Positions 45,859-54,797 of a stretch of DNA of 64,000 nt are shown piece after piece. The translations under genes were made by a program, and so were the position numbers. The stretch spans positions 25 to 64,024 of the forward strand of contig URJL01000007.1 in the NCBI GenBank assembly GCA_900548115.1. Direction: 5' to 3'. How positions within the stretch are numbered: position 1 is the first letter of the stretch; each line of letters begins with the position of its first letter. Under the pieces are notes generated by a model, which had not been told where the DNA came from, did not search any database, and saw only the letters and a list, made by a program, of their open reading frames with translations. The stretch comes from an uncultured Eubacteriales bacterium. GTDB taxonomy: Bacteria; Bacillota; Clostridia; Oscillospirales; CAG-382.

Positions 45859-46632
45859 ATGAAATTTCACATCTACGGCAGCTGCGCCGGAACCGAGCCG
45901 CTTGTCGGAACGCACCATCTTTCGTTTTCGATCACCCACAACGGGGAGGAGATCTTTTTTGACGCGGGCGAGGCTTGCGGATATACAGCCTACACCATGG
46001 GAGTGGATATTTCCAAGACCCGCCGCATTTTTATTTCGCATACGCATATGGATCATGTCGGCGGGCTTGCCAATCTTTTTTGGTATATTCGCAAGCTTGC
46101 GGTGCAGTGCGGCAAAAAAACGCTTCCGCAGATCGATCTGTATATTCCGAACCTCGAGACCTTTGAGGGCATTATGAAGATCTTAAAAAACACCGAAGGG
46201 GGCTTTGCGTGCGATTTTAAGATCGTCCCGCATGAAGTGACCGACGGCGTTTTGTGCGATGAGGACGGACTGCGCGTGACGGCGCTGCACAATACGCATC
46301 TTCCGCATCGGGAAGGAGAGCCGTGGCGCTCGTTTTCGTATAAGATCGAAAAGGACGGAAAAACCGTTCTTTTCACGGGCGATTACGGGAAAGTATCCGA
46401 TTTTGCGCCCCTGACAAAGACTCCCGACGTTCTGATGATCGAAACGGGACACCACACCTCGCAGAAGACGGCGGAAAACCTGAAAGCGGCGGGCTTTTGC
46501 CCGAGAAACCTCTTTTATGTTCACAACGGTGAGGATGTTCGGAACGACCCCGAAAACGCCGTGCGCATAACCGAGGAGATCCTCGGCTGCAAGACCGTCG
46601 TACTGCATGACCGCGACGAGATAGAACTTTAA
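45859..46632 (+). CDS. MBL-fold metallo-hydrolase
   Basis: A GGAGG RBS is present. It has the HxHxDH motif (ISHTHMDHVGG) and a later ETGHH. Confidence 0.75.
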   Translation: MKFHIYGSCAGTEPLVGTHHLSFSITHNGEEIFFDAGEACGYTAYTMGVDISKTRRIFISHTHMDHVGGLANLFWYIRKLAVQCGKKTLPQIDLYIPNLETFEGIMKILKNTEGGFACDFKIVPHEVTDGVLCDEDGLRVTALHNTHLPHREGEPWRSFSYKIEKDGKTVLFTGDYGKVSDFAPLTKTPDVLMIETGHHTSQKTAENLKAAGFCPRNLFYVHNGEDVRNDPENAVRITEEILGCKTVVLHDRDEIEL

Positions 46633-46660
46633 AACAGTTGAAACAGTCGAATCAAAAACG

Positions 46661-46689
46661 AAAAATCCCGCCCGAAGGGCGGGATTTTT
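46661..46689. terminator. Bidirectional terminator between the MBL and GH112 genes
   Basis: AAAAATCCCGCCCgaaGGGCGGGATTTTT. Confidence 0.85.
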
Positions 46690-46693
46690 GATT

Positions 46694-48835
46694 TTATCCG
46701 AGATCCGAAACGGACGTGTCGAACGCCTCGATCGTGACGGTCTTGTCGCCGAAATCGGTCTTGACGGTGGTTTTCTGCGTCTTGTCCGAGTTGTTGATGA
46801 CAACAAGCTTCTTGCCGTCGGGGTAATAGCAGCATTCTGTGAGCGGGTTGTCGGTCAGATACTTTTGCGAAAGCTCTTCGCCGCAGGCAGAGAGGATCAG
46901 ATTCAAAAGCGTGCGGTTTGCGATCTCGCCGTGACGGAAGGAGGAGAGATAAAGACCCGTACCCTTGCCGAAGGGGTGCGCCGTGACGGTCGGTTCGCCG
47001 TTTTCGGCGGCGAAAACGCGCGTCTTTTCGTCGGTAAGATACAGTCCCTCGCGGGCGGCGACCGAAAACCCGTCGCAAAGCGCGGGCGAATTTTCCACAT
47101 CAAAGGTGTATTTTCCGTGGCAAATGCGCTCGCCTGTATCCTCGTCGATTCCGAGAACGTGCGCCATGCGGAAGAAGGTGTCGTATCCCTCGAGGGCGGA
47201 GGGCTCGTTTACGCCGATGAAAGCGCCGCCTTTGTAAGCCCATTCCGTAAGCTTCGTGACGACCTCGTCGTCCCACAGTCTTCCGCCCGACCAGGCGCTG
47301 TTTGCGCTGCCCGCGTTGATAACGACGTCAAACGACGAAAGCGCGCCGTTTTTCACGTCGTCAAAGTCGATGAACGATACGTCAAACGGCATACCCGAGA
47401 GCGCTTCAATCACGTTGATGAGATCGACGGTCGGATGCTCGTGATAATGACCCGAGCAGGTCCACGAGCGCAGCGACCCCCACGCGGTGAGAATCGCGAT
47501 GCGCGGCTTTAAAACATAGGGCTTGCCGTTCTCGTGATAGGAACGGATGAGACGGAATTCGTCGGCGATCTTTTCGATGTAATCCTGAAAATCGGGGAAG
47601 GGGATGGTGAGCGACAGATAACCGCCGAGACCGATCCGATCGATCGGTGCGCGCAGAAGAGCGCGGCGGACGTTTTTCCAATAACCCTTCGCGTCGCGCG
47701 TCGGATCGCCGCCCTCCGAGAAGGTGGGAAGTCCGCCCAGCCCGACGGGGAAGAGGTAGGGATGAAGTCGGATCTCATGCGTTTCTACTGCCGAAACGCC
47801 GGCGCAGAGACGGCATTCAAAGCCGTTGAATACGCATTTTATCAGCCCGTCAAAACCGAATTCGGAGAAGCGTTTGCCCCAAGGCTCGACGCCGACCCAC
47901 GAATCGTCGTAGAAGACGTAAGCTTTTTTGCCGTGGGCGTGTACGATGTCGATGAGCTTTTTTCCGAAGGAGATAACAAAGTCGTTCGTGAATTCCATCC
48001 AGTCGCGCTTTGCCTTGTCGGGAATGCAGTGAGTCGCGTGCAGATAGCCCTTGTTGATAAAGCCCTCCGAGGTGATACGATAGCCGTATTTTTTCTCGAA
48101 AAGCGAAAGGGCAAGAGGGGAGACCGTGAAGTCATACGAAGCCCAGTCGGAGAACTTTTGACGGTTGCGCTCGTTCGAGCCCCAGATCCACACGAAATTG
48201 TAGAACATCGAGGTAAAGCGCACGACCGTGGTCGCAGGGTGGCTCTTGCACCACGATTCCATCCACGAAAGCAAATATTCCTGCGTCTCGGGATAGCGCG
48301 GGTCGATCTGCATTAAGTGCTCTTTGTTCCAGTTGTTGGTGGTGTGGTTGTACATGGAAATTTCTTCCCAGATACGGTAAGCCAAAAAGTTTACGGTATA
48401 TTTGTGGAAAGGAACGGCGTTTTCGATCGTCACCGCGCCGTCGGCGTAGGCGAAATCAAAAACCTCTTTGTTGCTCGTGCGGTCGAACACCTGCCAGTAT
48501 TTTTTCGATTCCTCGGAATCGTTTATGCAAAATTGCTCGGCGAAGAAATCCTCGAGAAGAGAGACGGTGAGCGTCTCGCCGACCGCCGTGCGCGGCTCGG
48601 TCATAAGAAAGGTCTGCTGCAATTTGTCGAGGTTTTTCTTTGCCCATTCGTTGTGGTCGCGGATGATGCAGATGGTGGAATAAATGCCGTAGCCGGCGTT
48701 TACGATCTCGGGGGAAAGCTCGGTTCCGTCCGAGTCGCGGATAACGTCCGCACCCCATTTTTTCGCCATTTCAAGGGTCAGTTTTTCATATCCGCTCTCG
48801 CCCGGAAGGGTGAAGCCGCCTGTTGTTTTTCCCAT
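46694..48835 (-). CDS. 1,3-beta-galactosyl-N-acetylhexosamine phosphorylase (GH112; lacto-N-biose/galacto-N-biose phosphorylase)
   Basis: 713 aa. The N-terminus GGFTLPGESGYEKLTLEMAKKWGADVIRDSDGTEL...IRDHNEW parallels the Bifidobacterium LNBP opening (GRFTLPSEENFAEKT.ELA..WGADAIRNSDGT) as I remember it. The length also fits GH112. Confidence 0.85.
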   Translation of the reverse strand: MGKTTGGFTLPGESGYEKLTLEMAKKWGADVIRDSDGTELSPEIVNAGYGIYSTICIIRDHNEWAKKNLDKLQQTFLMTEPRTAVGETLTVSLLEDFFAEQFCINDSEESKKYWQVFDRTSNKEVFDFAYADGAVTIENAVPFHKYTVNFLAYRIWEEISMYNHTTNNWNKEHLMQIDPRYPETQEYLLSWMESWCKSHPATTVVRFTSMFYNFVWIWGSNERNRQKFSDWASYDFTVSPLALSLFEKKYGYRITSEGFINKGYLHATHCIPDKAKRDWMEFTNDFVISFGKKLIDIVHAHGKKAYVFYDDSWVGVEPWGKRFSEFGFDGLIKCVFNGFECRLCAGVSAVETHEIRLHPYLFPVGLGGLPTFSEGGDPTRDAKGYWKNVRRALLRAPIDRIGLGGYLSLTIPFPDFQDYIEKIADEFRLIRSYHENGKPYVLKPRIAILTAWGSLRSWTCSGHYHEHPTVDLINVIEALSGMPFDVSFIDFDDVKNGALSSFDVVINAGSANSAWSGGRLWDDEVVTKLTEWAYKGGAFIGVNEPSALEGYDTFFRMAHVLGIDEDTGERICHGKYTFDVENSPALCDGFSVAAREGLYLTDEKTRVFAAENGEPTVTAHPFGKGTGLYLSSFRHGEIANRTLLNLILSACGEELSQKYLTDNPLTECCYYPDGKKLVVINNSDKTQKTTVKTDFGDKTVTIEAFDTSVSDLG

Positions 48836-48863
48836 AGGTCGTTCTCCTTTGCATTTTTCGGTG

Positions 48864-49514
48864 TTACAGTGCGCTTAAAAATCCGTATACGCGGCGGGCA
48901 AGCTTTTCCGCACCTGCGTTGCTCGGGTGCAGTCCGTCGGGCATGAATTTTTCACGGATAATATCGACCTTCGGCTGAAGTCCCGAGGTGTGGAAAAGAT
49001 CCAAAACGGGAAGACCGTAAAAACCCGCCACTTCTTTTATGATGTCGACGTAGCCCGCAAGATTTTTCTCTTCGGGTGCGCCGAATTCCTTTGTCATGCT
49101 GTCTTCGCTGAGGCGGTGAAGCGGGGTCATGAAAACAATGACCGCGTCGGGATATTTTTCAATCAGCTTTTGGCAGAGCACGTGCATCGCCCCATAGAAG
49201 GTGTAAACATCGCGGCTTTCGAAAGAGCCGATCTTTGCGTCGCCGTGACCGAAATCGTTGGTGCCGCCGAATACGACGACCGCGTCCGCGTCCTTTTGCA
49301 TATCGTCGACGCGCGAGACGAAATCTTGGTCCCATCGCTCGTTGGATTTTACGGTCTGGCGCGCGATGCGCGTTCCGCTGATGCCGTAATTTACGACATT
49401 CGCGCCCGAAAGGCGGGAAAAGACCGAGACATAGTTGAATTCGGGTGCGGTTGTGCCCGCTCCCTCGGTGATGCTGTCGCCCAAAAACAGGACGGTCTTG
49501 TTTTTCAGTTCCAT
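48864..49514 (-). CDS. SGNH/GDSL-family hydrolase (esterase)
   Basis: Trimmed to ATG 49514 (MELKNKTVLFLGDSITEG), preceded by GGGAGA. It has block I GDSIT, block III GTND and block V DGLHP. It ends 28 nt upstream of the GH112 gene, so it is probably co-transcribed. Confidence 0.75.
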   Translation of the reverse strand: MELKNKTVLFLGDSITEGAGTTAPEFNYVSVFSRLSGANVVNYGISGTRIARQTVKSNERWDQDFVSRVDDMQKDADAVVVFGGTNDFGHGDAKIGSFESRDVYTFYGAMHVLCQKLIEKYPDAVIVFMTPLHRLSEDSMTKEFGAPEEKNLAGYVDIIKEVAGFYGLPVLDLFHTSGLQPKVDIIREKFMPDGLHPSNAGAEKLARRVYGFLSAL

Positions 49515-49681
49515 AATCGTTCTCCCAAATAGAATGTGAAGAATATTAAAAATACGAAGAATGCGGAGAATATATTGAAAGTATCCGATTCGCATTGTAC
49601 CACAAAAGTGCCCGTTTGTACAGAGTCTTTGAAAAAAAGGATAACAAAAGTCAATAATTTGATCTTATTTCACGGCAAAAA

Positions 49682-49715
49682 TGCCCCCGCTGTCCGAAAA
49701 GGAGCACCGGGGGCA
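49682..49715 (-). terminator. Intrinsic terminator after symporter paralogue 2
   Basis: On the minus strand: TGCCCCCG-N18-CGGGGGCA followed by TTTTTGCCG. Confidence 0.7.
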
Positions 49716-49733
49716 CAAGTGGAAAGAAAAGTT

Positions 49734-51176
49734 TTATCCGATCTTCAAAACGCGTTTGACATAATCCTTGGTCTCTCTTGCCACAACGCCGTTGAGAGCA
49801 AAGAGCGCCACGAGGTTCGGGAACGCCATAAGACCGTTTACGATGTCGGCGAGCGTCCAGACAAAATCGACCTTGAGGTACGGACCGACAAAGACGGCGA
49901 GAATGTAGAGAACGCGGAAGGAAAGCAGAATTGCCTTCTTGTTGCCGACAAGATACTGCAGACACTTTTCCGAGTAATAGTCCCAGCCGAGAATGGTGGT
50001 GAATGCGAAGAAGACAAGGCTGATCATCAAAAGAAAGGAGGAAACGCCCGAGGAGAAGGGAAGGCCTTCGGAGAAGGCAAGAGTCGTGACTTCGACGCCG
50101 ACCTTTTCGCCCGTCATGGCGGGAACATAGGCGCCCGTCAGAACGATGGCAAGACCCGTGATGGTGCAGATGATGATGGTGTCGAAAAACGTACCCGTCA
50201 TGCAGACAAGACCCTGACGGACGGGCTCTTTGGTCTTGGCGGCGGCAGCGGCGATCGGAGCGGAGCCGATACCCGACTCGTTCGAGAAGATACCGCGCGC
50301 GATACCGTTTTGCATGGCGGACTTCATGGTGATGGCAATGGTCGCGCCGAGAACGCCGCCGAGAGCCGCCTGCGGGTTAAACGCGCTGCGGACGACAAGA
50401 CCGATGGCCGCGGGAACCTTGGTGATGTTGCAGACGATAAGCAGAATACCGCATACAAAGTAAAGCACTGCCATAAAGGGAACGACGATCTCTGAGACCT
50501 TGGCGATACGCTTGATACCGCCGATGATAACGAGCGCAGCGAAAAGCGTTACCAAAATGCCCGAGATAACCGTCGGCCATGCATAAGAGGCTTCGCCGAT
50601 GCGGAAAGCAACCTGTGCCTTTTCGGGATCGAAGAAATTCTGAACTGCCGCGGTGATGCCGTTGATCTGCGTCATCGTGCCGATGCCGAGGATACCGACC
50701 AGCATTCCGAACACGGCAAAGAGCTTGGCAAGCCATTTCCAGTTTGCGCCCATGCCTTTTTCAATATAGTAGAAAGGGCCGCCCAAAACATTGCCGTTTT
50801 GGTCGATGGTGCGGTATTTTACCGCCAAAAGACCCTCGGAATATTTGGTCGCCATGCCGAGAAAAGCGGCGACCTCCATCCAGAACAGCGCACCGGGACC
50901 GCCCGCGGCAATTGCGGTCGCAACACCAACGATGTTGCCCGTGCCGATGGTGGCGGAAAGCGCCGTGCAGAGAGCGCCGAAGCTGGTTACGTCGCCTTCG
51001 CCGTCCTCTTCGTTCTGCAGCATATAGCGAATGGCTTTGGGCAGATGACGGATTTGGATAAGACCCGTGCGTACCGTGAGCAGTGCGCCGACCGCGAGAA
51101 TCAGCGCAATCAAGGGAATACCCCACACCCAGCCGTCGATCTTTTCGAGAAGCGCGTTTAATGCGTCCATGTTCAT
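49734..51176 (-). CDS. agcS: Alanine/glycine:cation symporter (AGCS family), paralogue 2
   Basis: MNMDALNALLEKIDGWVWGIPL..., with TSFGALCTALSATIGTGNIVGVATAIAAGGPGALFWM and GIFSNESGIGSAP. A GGAGG RBS is present. Confidence 0.85.
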   Translation of the reverse strand: MNMDALNALLEKIDGWVWGIPLIALILAVGALLTVRTGLIQIRHLPKAIRYMLQNEEDGEGDVTSFGALCTALSATIGTGNIVGVATAIAAGGPGALFWMEVAAFLGMATKYSEGLLAVKYRTIDQNGNVLGGPFYYIEKGMGANWKWLAKLFAVFGMLVGILGIGTMTQINGITAAVQNFFDPEKAQVAFRIGEASYAWPTVISGILVTLFAALVIIGGIKRIAKVSEIVVPFMAVLYFVCGILLIVCNITKVPAAIGLVVRSAFNPQAALGGVLGATIAITMKSAMQNGIARGIFSNESGIGSAPIAAAAAKTKEPVRQGLVCMTGTFFDTIIICTITGLAIVLTGAYVPAMTGEKVGVEVTTLAFSEGLPFSSGVSSFLLMISLVFFAFTTILGWDYYSEKCLQYLVGNKKAILLSFRVLYILAVFVGPYLKVDFVWTLADIVNGLMAFPNLVALFALNGVVARETKDYVKRVLKIG

Positions 51177-51204
51177 TTTCCTTAAAACCTCCGAACAATA
51201 AAAA

Positions 51205-51229
51205 AAGTTGCCGACCCGCGCGGCAACTT
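51205..51229 (-). terminator. Intrinsic terminator in the expression platform of the second glycine riboswitch
   Basis: On the minus strand: AAGTTGCCGcgcgggtCGGCAACTT followed by TTTTTTATT, about 25 nt before the RBS. Confidence 0.7.
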
Positions 51230-51267
51230 CGAAAACACAACGTGAAAAAACGGAAAAATCCGTAAAA

Positions 51268-51400
51268 TCTTCGTCCTTTTGCCTGAGAGTTTCGGCTTGC
51301 GCCTTGCCCCTTCGGCACTCGGTTTTCCCGAGCTTCTCCGAAGTTCCCTACATTACCGGTTGTCCTCCCGGCAATCTCAACGGGTCCTTATTCAATTTGA
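51268..51400 (-). promoter_or_regulatory. Glycine riboswitch, apparently a single complete aptamer
   Basis: On the minus strand: CGGAGAAGCUCGGGAAAACCGAGUGCCGAAGGGGCAAGGCGCAAGCCGAAACUCUCAGGCAAAAGGACGAAG. The ~70 nt upstream lack the CCRAAGG and CUCAGG blocks. Confidence 0.7.
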
Positions 51401-51408
51401 CAAGCGAA

Positions 51409-51437
51409 AGTATACCACGCTTTCCCCCTCTTGTCAA
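51409..51437 (-). promoter_or_regulatory. Sigma-A promoter of riboswitch 2 and agcS 2
   Basis: On the minus strand: TTGACA, a 17-nt spacer, then TATACT. Confidence 0.65.
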
Positions 51438-51486
51438 GGGCTTGAGGGGAATTTTTGACGAAAAAGAAATTTTTTGTCAAAACCCC

Positions 51487-51515
51487 TTTACAAACGAAAA
51501 AAACTGTGCTATACT
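51487..51515 (+). promoter_or_regulatory. Sigma-A promoter of pyrR-pyrP
   Basis: TTTACA, a 17-nt spacer, then TATACT. Confidence 0.65.
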
Positions 51516-51519
51516 ATCG

Positions 51520-51641
51520 CACGGAAAAGAAGTCTTTAAGACGGTACTGTGATGCCGGCAAGATGGAAAAGCGCAGCGGCGCGAAAGAGGTTTGAATCTT
51601 GTCAGAGCAAAAGGACTTTTGTTCGGACGGGATTTTTTTTT
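51520..51641 (+). promoter_or_regulatory. PyrR-type transcription attenuator (leader plus intrinsic terminator)
   Basis: The leader has purine-rich GAAAGAGGUUUG / GUCUUUAAGACGG segments reminiscent of the PyrR-binding CAGAGAGGCU loop. It is followed by the hairpin AAUCUUGUCAGAGCAAAAG-ga-CUUUUGUUCGGACGGGAUU and U9 (51595-51641), just before the pyrR RBS. Confidence 0.55.
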
Positions 51642-51674
51642 GCCGAAATTACAAAAACGAAAGGCGGAGATTTC

Positions 51675-52223
51675 ATGAACAGTTTTAAGGCAAATCTGAT
51701 GGATGGACAAGCGATGATGCGCTGTCTTATGCGTATGTCCCACGAGATCGTGGAAAAAAACAAGGGGATCGAAGATGTGGTTCTCGTCGGGATCAAGCGC
51801 CGCGGCGAGCCGCTTGCCGAGATCATCGCGCAGAACATCGAAAAGATTGAGGGAAAGCGCCCCGAATGCGGCGTGATCGATATCAATTTTTACCGGGACG
51901 ATCTGGAAAAGGCGCTGGACGCGCCGGTCGTGAAAAAATGTGAACTTCCGTTTTCGATTGTCGATAAAAAGGTCGTTTTGGTCGACGACGTTTTGTACAC
52001 GGGCAGAACCGTGCGTGCCGCCATCGAAGCAATTTTTGCGCTCGGTCGTCCGAGAGCGATCCAGCTTGCCATTTTGGTGGACCGCGGTCACAGAGAGCTT
52101 CCCTTCCGCGCCGACTATATCGGCAAAGCGGTCGCCACCTCCAAAAAGGAGATCATCATGGTAAAGGTTCCGCCCATCGACGCCGAGGCGGGAATCGATC
52201 TTTACGAAAAGGAAAACGGCTGA
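51675..52223 (+). CDS. pyrR: Bifunctional pyrimidine operon regulator / uracil phosphoribosyltransferase PyrR
   Basis: Trimmed to ATG 51675 ([14 protein letters not shown]), preceded by AAGGCGGAGA. It has the PRPP motif [17 protein letters not shown] and [13 protein letters not shown]. Confidence 0.9.
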   Translation: MNSFKANLMDGQAMMRCLMRMSHEIVEKNKGIEDVVLVGIKRRGEPLAEIIAQNIEKIEGKRPECGVIDINFYRDDLEKALDAPVVKKCELPFSIVDKKVVLVDDVLYTGRTVRAAIEAIFALGRPRAIQLAILVDRGHRELPFRADYIGKAVATSKKEIIMVKVPPIDAEAGIDLYEKENG

Positions 52224-52286
52224 TCACCTATGTATATAACCCGCAAGGGAGATATAGAAAACTAACATTATTCGGAGGATTGAATC

Positions 52287-53624
52287 ATGAAGCTAATCTA
52301 CGGAATCAATGACAGACCGAAATTCGGTCAGATAATCGTCTTTGCGTTCCAGCAGCTGCTTGCTATCCTGGCAGCAACCATCGCCGTTCCGTCCATCGTC
52401 GGAAACGGAATGTCCCAGTCCGCCGCGCTGTTCGGAGCCGGCGTCGGAACTATTGTGTATCTGCTCTTCACCAAGTTTAAAAGCCCCGTATTTTTGGGCT
52501 CGTCGTTCGCCTTTCTCGGCTCGATGTTCGCTGCTTTTGCCGGTGCCGTATCGGTTGAAGCGGGTCATGCGGGACTGATCATCGGCGCTGTGTTCGCGGG
52601 GCTTGTTTACGTAGTCATCGCAATCGTCGTAAAGTGTGCGGGCGTTGCGTGGATCGACAAGCTTATGCCGCCCGTCGTAATCGGACCTACCGTTGCCATC
52701 ATCGGTCTTTCGCTCTCGGGAAACGCAATCGGCGATATGCTGAAGTTTGCCGAGTTTGATGCGGCAAATTCGGTTTATGTCATGGGTGCAAAGGGATGGG
52801 TCGGCTTTATCTGCGCTCTCGTTACACTGCTGGTCGTTATGCTCTGCTCGGTCTACGGCAAGAAGATGACCAAGCTCATTCCGTTCATCATCGGTATTCT
52901 TGCGGGCTACGCAACGGCGACCGTATTTACCCTCATCGGAATTGCCACCGAAAATGAGACTTTCAAGATCATTGACTTCTCGCTCTTCAACAATATGCAG
53001 TGGTATCCCGACTTCACCTTCCTTAAGGCGTCAAAAGGCTTTGCTCAGGTTGATGCGAAGTACATCGCGACCGTTGCGGTAGCGTATGTTCCCGTCGCGT
53101 TTGTTGTCTTCGCGGAGCACATCGCCGACCACAAGAACCTCTCGAGCGTTATCGATAAGGATCTGCTTAAAGAACCGGGTCTTCACAGAACGCTTCTCGG
53201 CGACGGTGTCGGTTCGATGTTCGGCGCTCTGTTCGGCGGCTGCCCCAACACGACCTATGGCGAGTCGGTCGGCTGTGTCGCCATCACGGGTAACGCTTCG
53301 GTCGTAACCATCCTTACCACGGCGATCATGGCGATCGTGATCTCGTTCTTCGGTCCGTTCGTAACCTTCCTTGCCACCATCCCCTCCTGCGTAATGGGTG
53401 GAGTCTGCGTTACGCTGTACGGCTTCATCGCCGTAAGCGGTCTTAAGATGATTCAGAGCGTGGATCTCGGCAACAACAAGAATCTGTTCGTCGTATCCGT
53501 TATCCTGATCGCCGGTATCGGCGGCATGGCGCTCAAGATCGGTCAGGTAACCCTCACCGAGATCGCCTGTGCCCTTATCCTCGGTATCATCACCAACCTG
53601 GTTCTTTCGAAATCCAAAGAATAA
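52287..53624 (+). CDS. pyrP: Uracil permease (NCS2/NAT family)
   Basis: GGAGGA RBS. The protein is 445 aa and polytopic. The blocks FAFQQLLAILAATIAVP, PNTTYGESVGCVAITG and its position after pyrR fit PyrP/UraA. Confidence 0.85.
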   Translation: MKLIYGINDRPKFGQIIVFAFQQLLAILAATIAVPSIVGNGMSQSAALFGAGVGTIVYLLFTKFKSPVFLGSSFAFLGSMFAAFAGAVSVEAGHAGLIIGAVFAGLVYVVIAIVVKCAGVAWIDKLMPPVVIGPTVAIIGLSLSGNAIGDMLKFAEFDAANSVYVMGAKGWVGFICALVTLLVVMLCSVYGKKMTKLIPFIIGILAGYATATVFTLIGIATENETFKIIDFSLFNNMQWYPDFTFLKASKGFAQVDAKYIATVAVAYVPVAFVVFAEHIADHKNLSSVIDKDLLKEPGLHRTLLGDGVGSMFGALFGGCPNTTYGESVGCVAITGNASVVTILTTAIMAIVISFFGPFVTFLATIPSCVMGGVCVTLYGFIAVSGLKMIQSVDLGNNKNLFVVSVILIAGIGGMALKIGQVTLTEIACALILGIITNLVLSKSKE

Positions 53625-53656
53625 TCCGCATAAAAATAAAAAGCAAACAACGGAAA

Positions 53657-53689
53657 AAAGTCCCGTGCCTTTCTTCGGCACGGGACTTT
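53657..53689. terminator. Bidirectional terminator between pyrP and the M23 peptidase gene
   Basis: AAAGTCCCGTGCCtttcttcGGCACGGGACTTT. Confidence 0.8.
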
Positions 53690-53700
53690 CTGTTCGTTTT

Positions 53701-54537
53701 TCAATTTCCCGGAAGATATTCCTCGGGATCTACGGCGTGTTCGTCAAGGAAGATCGAAACGTGTACGTGCGGGACCTCGGCGCTTTCGATGAGCGCGGTC
53801 TCGCCGATACCGCCGATCGTGTCGCCGACCGAAACGGAAGCGCCGACGTATATTTCCTGCGGGAGCTCGGCGGAAAGATTGGAATAACTCGAGACAAGAC
53901 CGCCCGAATGCTTCAGCACCACTGTTGTTCCCATAAACGGGTCGTCGTAAACATCGGCGACGGTGCCGTCGGCAAGCGCCGAAACGGGTGTCCCGATGTC
54001 GCCGACGATATCCACGCCGTCATGCGTGCGGAAATCGTTCATCGTCGGCGCATAGATCAGCTCGTCTTCGGAAAACTCTTTTCCGATATACCCGTTCACA
54101 GGGCGCACCCGCACCGTGGGCAGAACGTCGTCAAAAACGGGCGCGGGTATCGGTTCGTCCGCCGCTCCGTCGGGTTCGCCCGAGACCGAAAGATTTTCCG
54201 ACGCGTCGGACTCGTTTACCTCGGCAGAAATGCCGCTCGCATTTTCCGAGGTCACCTCGGACGGAAATTCATACTCGGTCTGGGGCGGAAGATCGGTGGG
54301 AACTCTGCCCGATTCGACAAGCTTCGGTTCGGAAAGCTCGGGAAGAGAGATGTTTTTGTTTTCGTAATCAAGGTTCGGGATCTCATAGCCGTCCGCACCG
54401 TCGAGGATCTTTTTCACGCTGTTGGATGTGATGCCTACGACAGCCGCTGCGAGGGCTATGTAGACCCCTGCGCTGACCAACTGCTTTTTTATCTTTTTGC
54501 TTTGTTCCGGATTTTTCGGTTTGTTGATTAAACTCAT
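53701..54537 (-). CDS. Membrane-anchored M23 (LytM-type) metallopeptidase
   Basis: Trimmed to ATG 54537 (MSLINKPKNPE), preceded by GGAGGTG. It has an N-terminal TM helix, the HxxxD motif (RTHDGVD) and the HxH motif (PHVHVS). Confidence 0.8.
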   Translation of the reverse strand: MSLINKPKNPEQSKKIKKQLVSAGVYIALAAAVVGITSNSVKKILDGADGYEIPNLDYENKNISLPELSEPKLVESGRVPTDLPPQTEYEFPSEVTSENASGISAEVNESDASENLSVSGEPDGAADEPIPAPVFDDVLPTVRVRPVNGYIGKEFSEDELIYAPTMNDFRTHDGVDIVGDIGTPVSALADGTVADVYDDPFMGTTVVLKHSGGLVSSYSNLSAELPQEIYVGASVSVGDTIGGIGETALIESAEVPHVHVSIFLDEHAVDPEEYLPGN

Positions 54538-54797
54538 GCTTTGCACCTCCGCTTCTATTTTTGCCGCACGGTGAAAATATATACAAAATTGTTTCGGATT
54601 TTCGAAAAGAGAACGCAGGGAAATTTTCGCAGACCATCACGCCGACATCACGCAAGAAGGGATAAGTTTTTTGCCGATGTTCAGGGAATGTTCACATATT
54701 GAGTGTATACTATCGAATAGACTGTGGCTTTGTGTTCCTTTTTTGGTAATTTTGGTAAAAGAGCCGAAGCCGAGCAGAGAAAGGATTCTTTTGACCT

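Noticed and set aside
53701-54537. The M23 peptidase as a sporulation SpoIIQ orthologue
   Set aside because: Its size and N-terminal anchor are compatible. But no other sporulation genes are nearby, and intact HxxxD/HxH motifs are equally consistent with a vegetative LytM-type peptidase.
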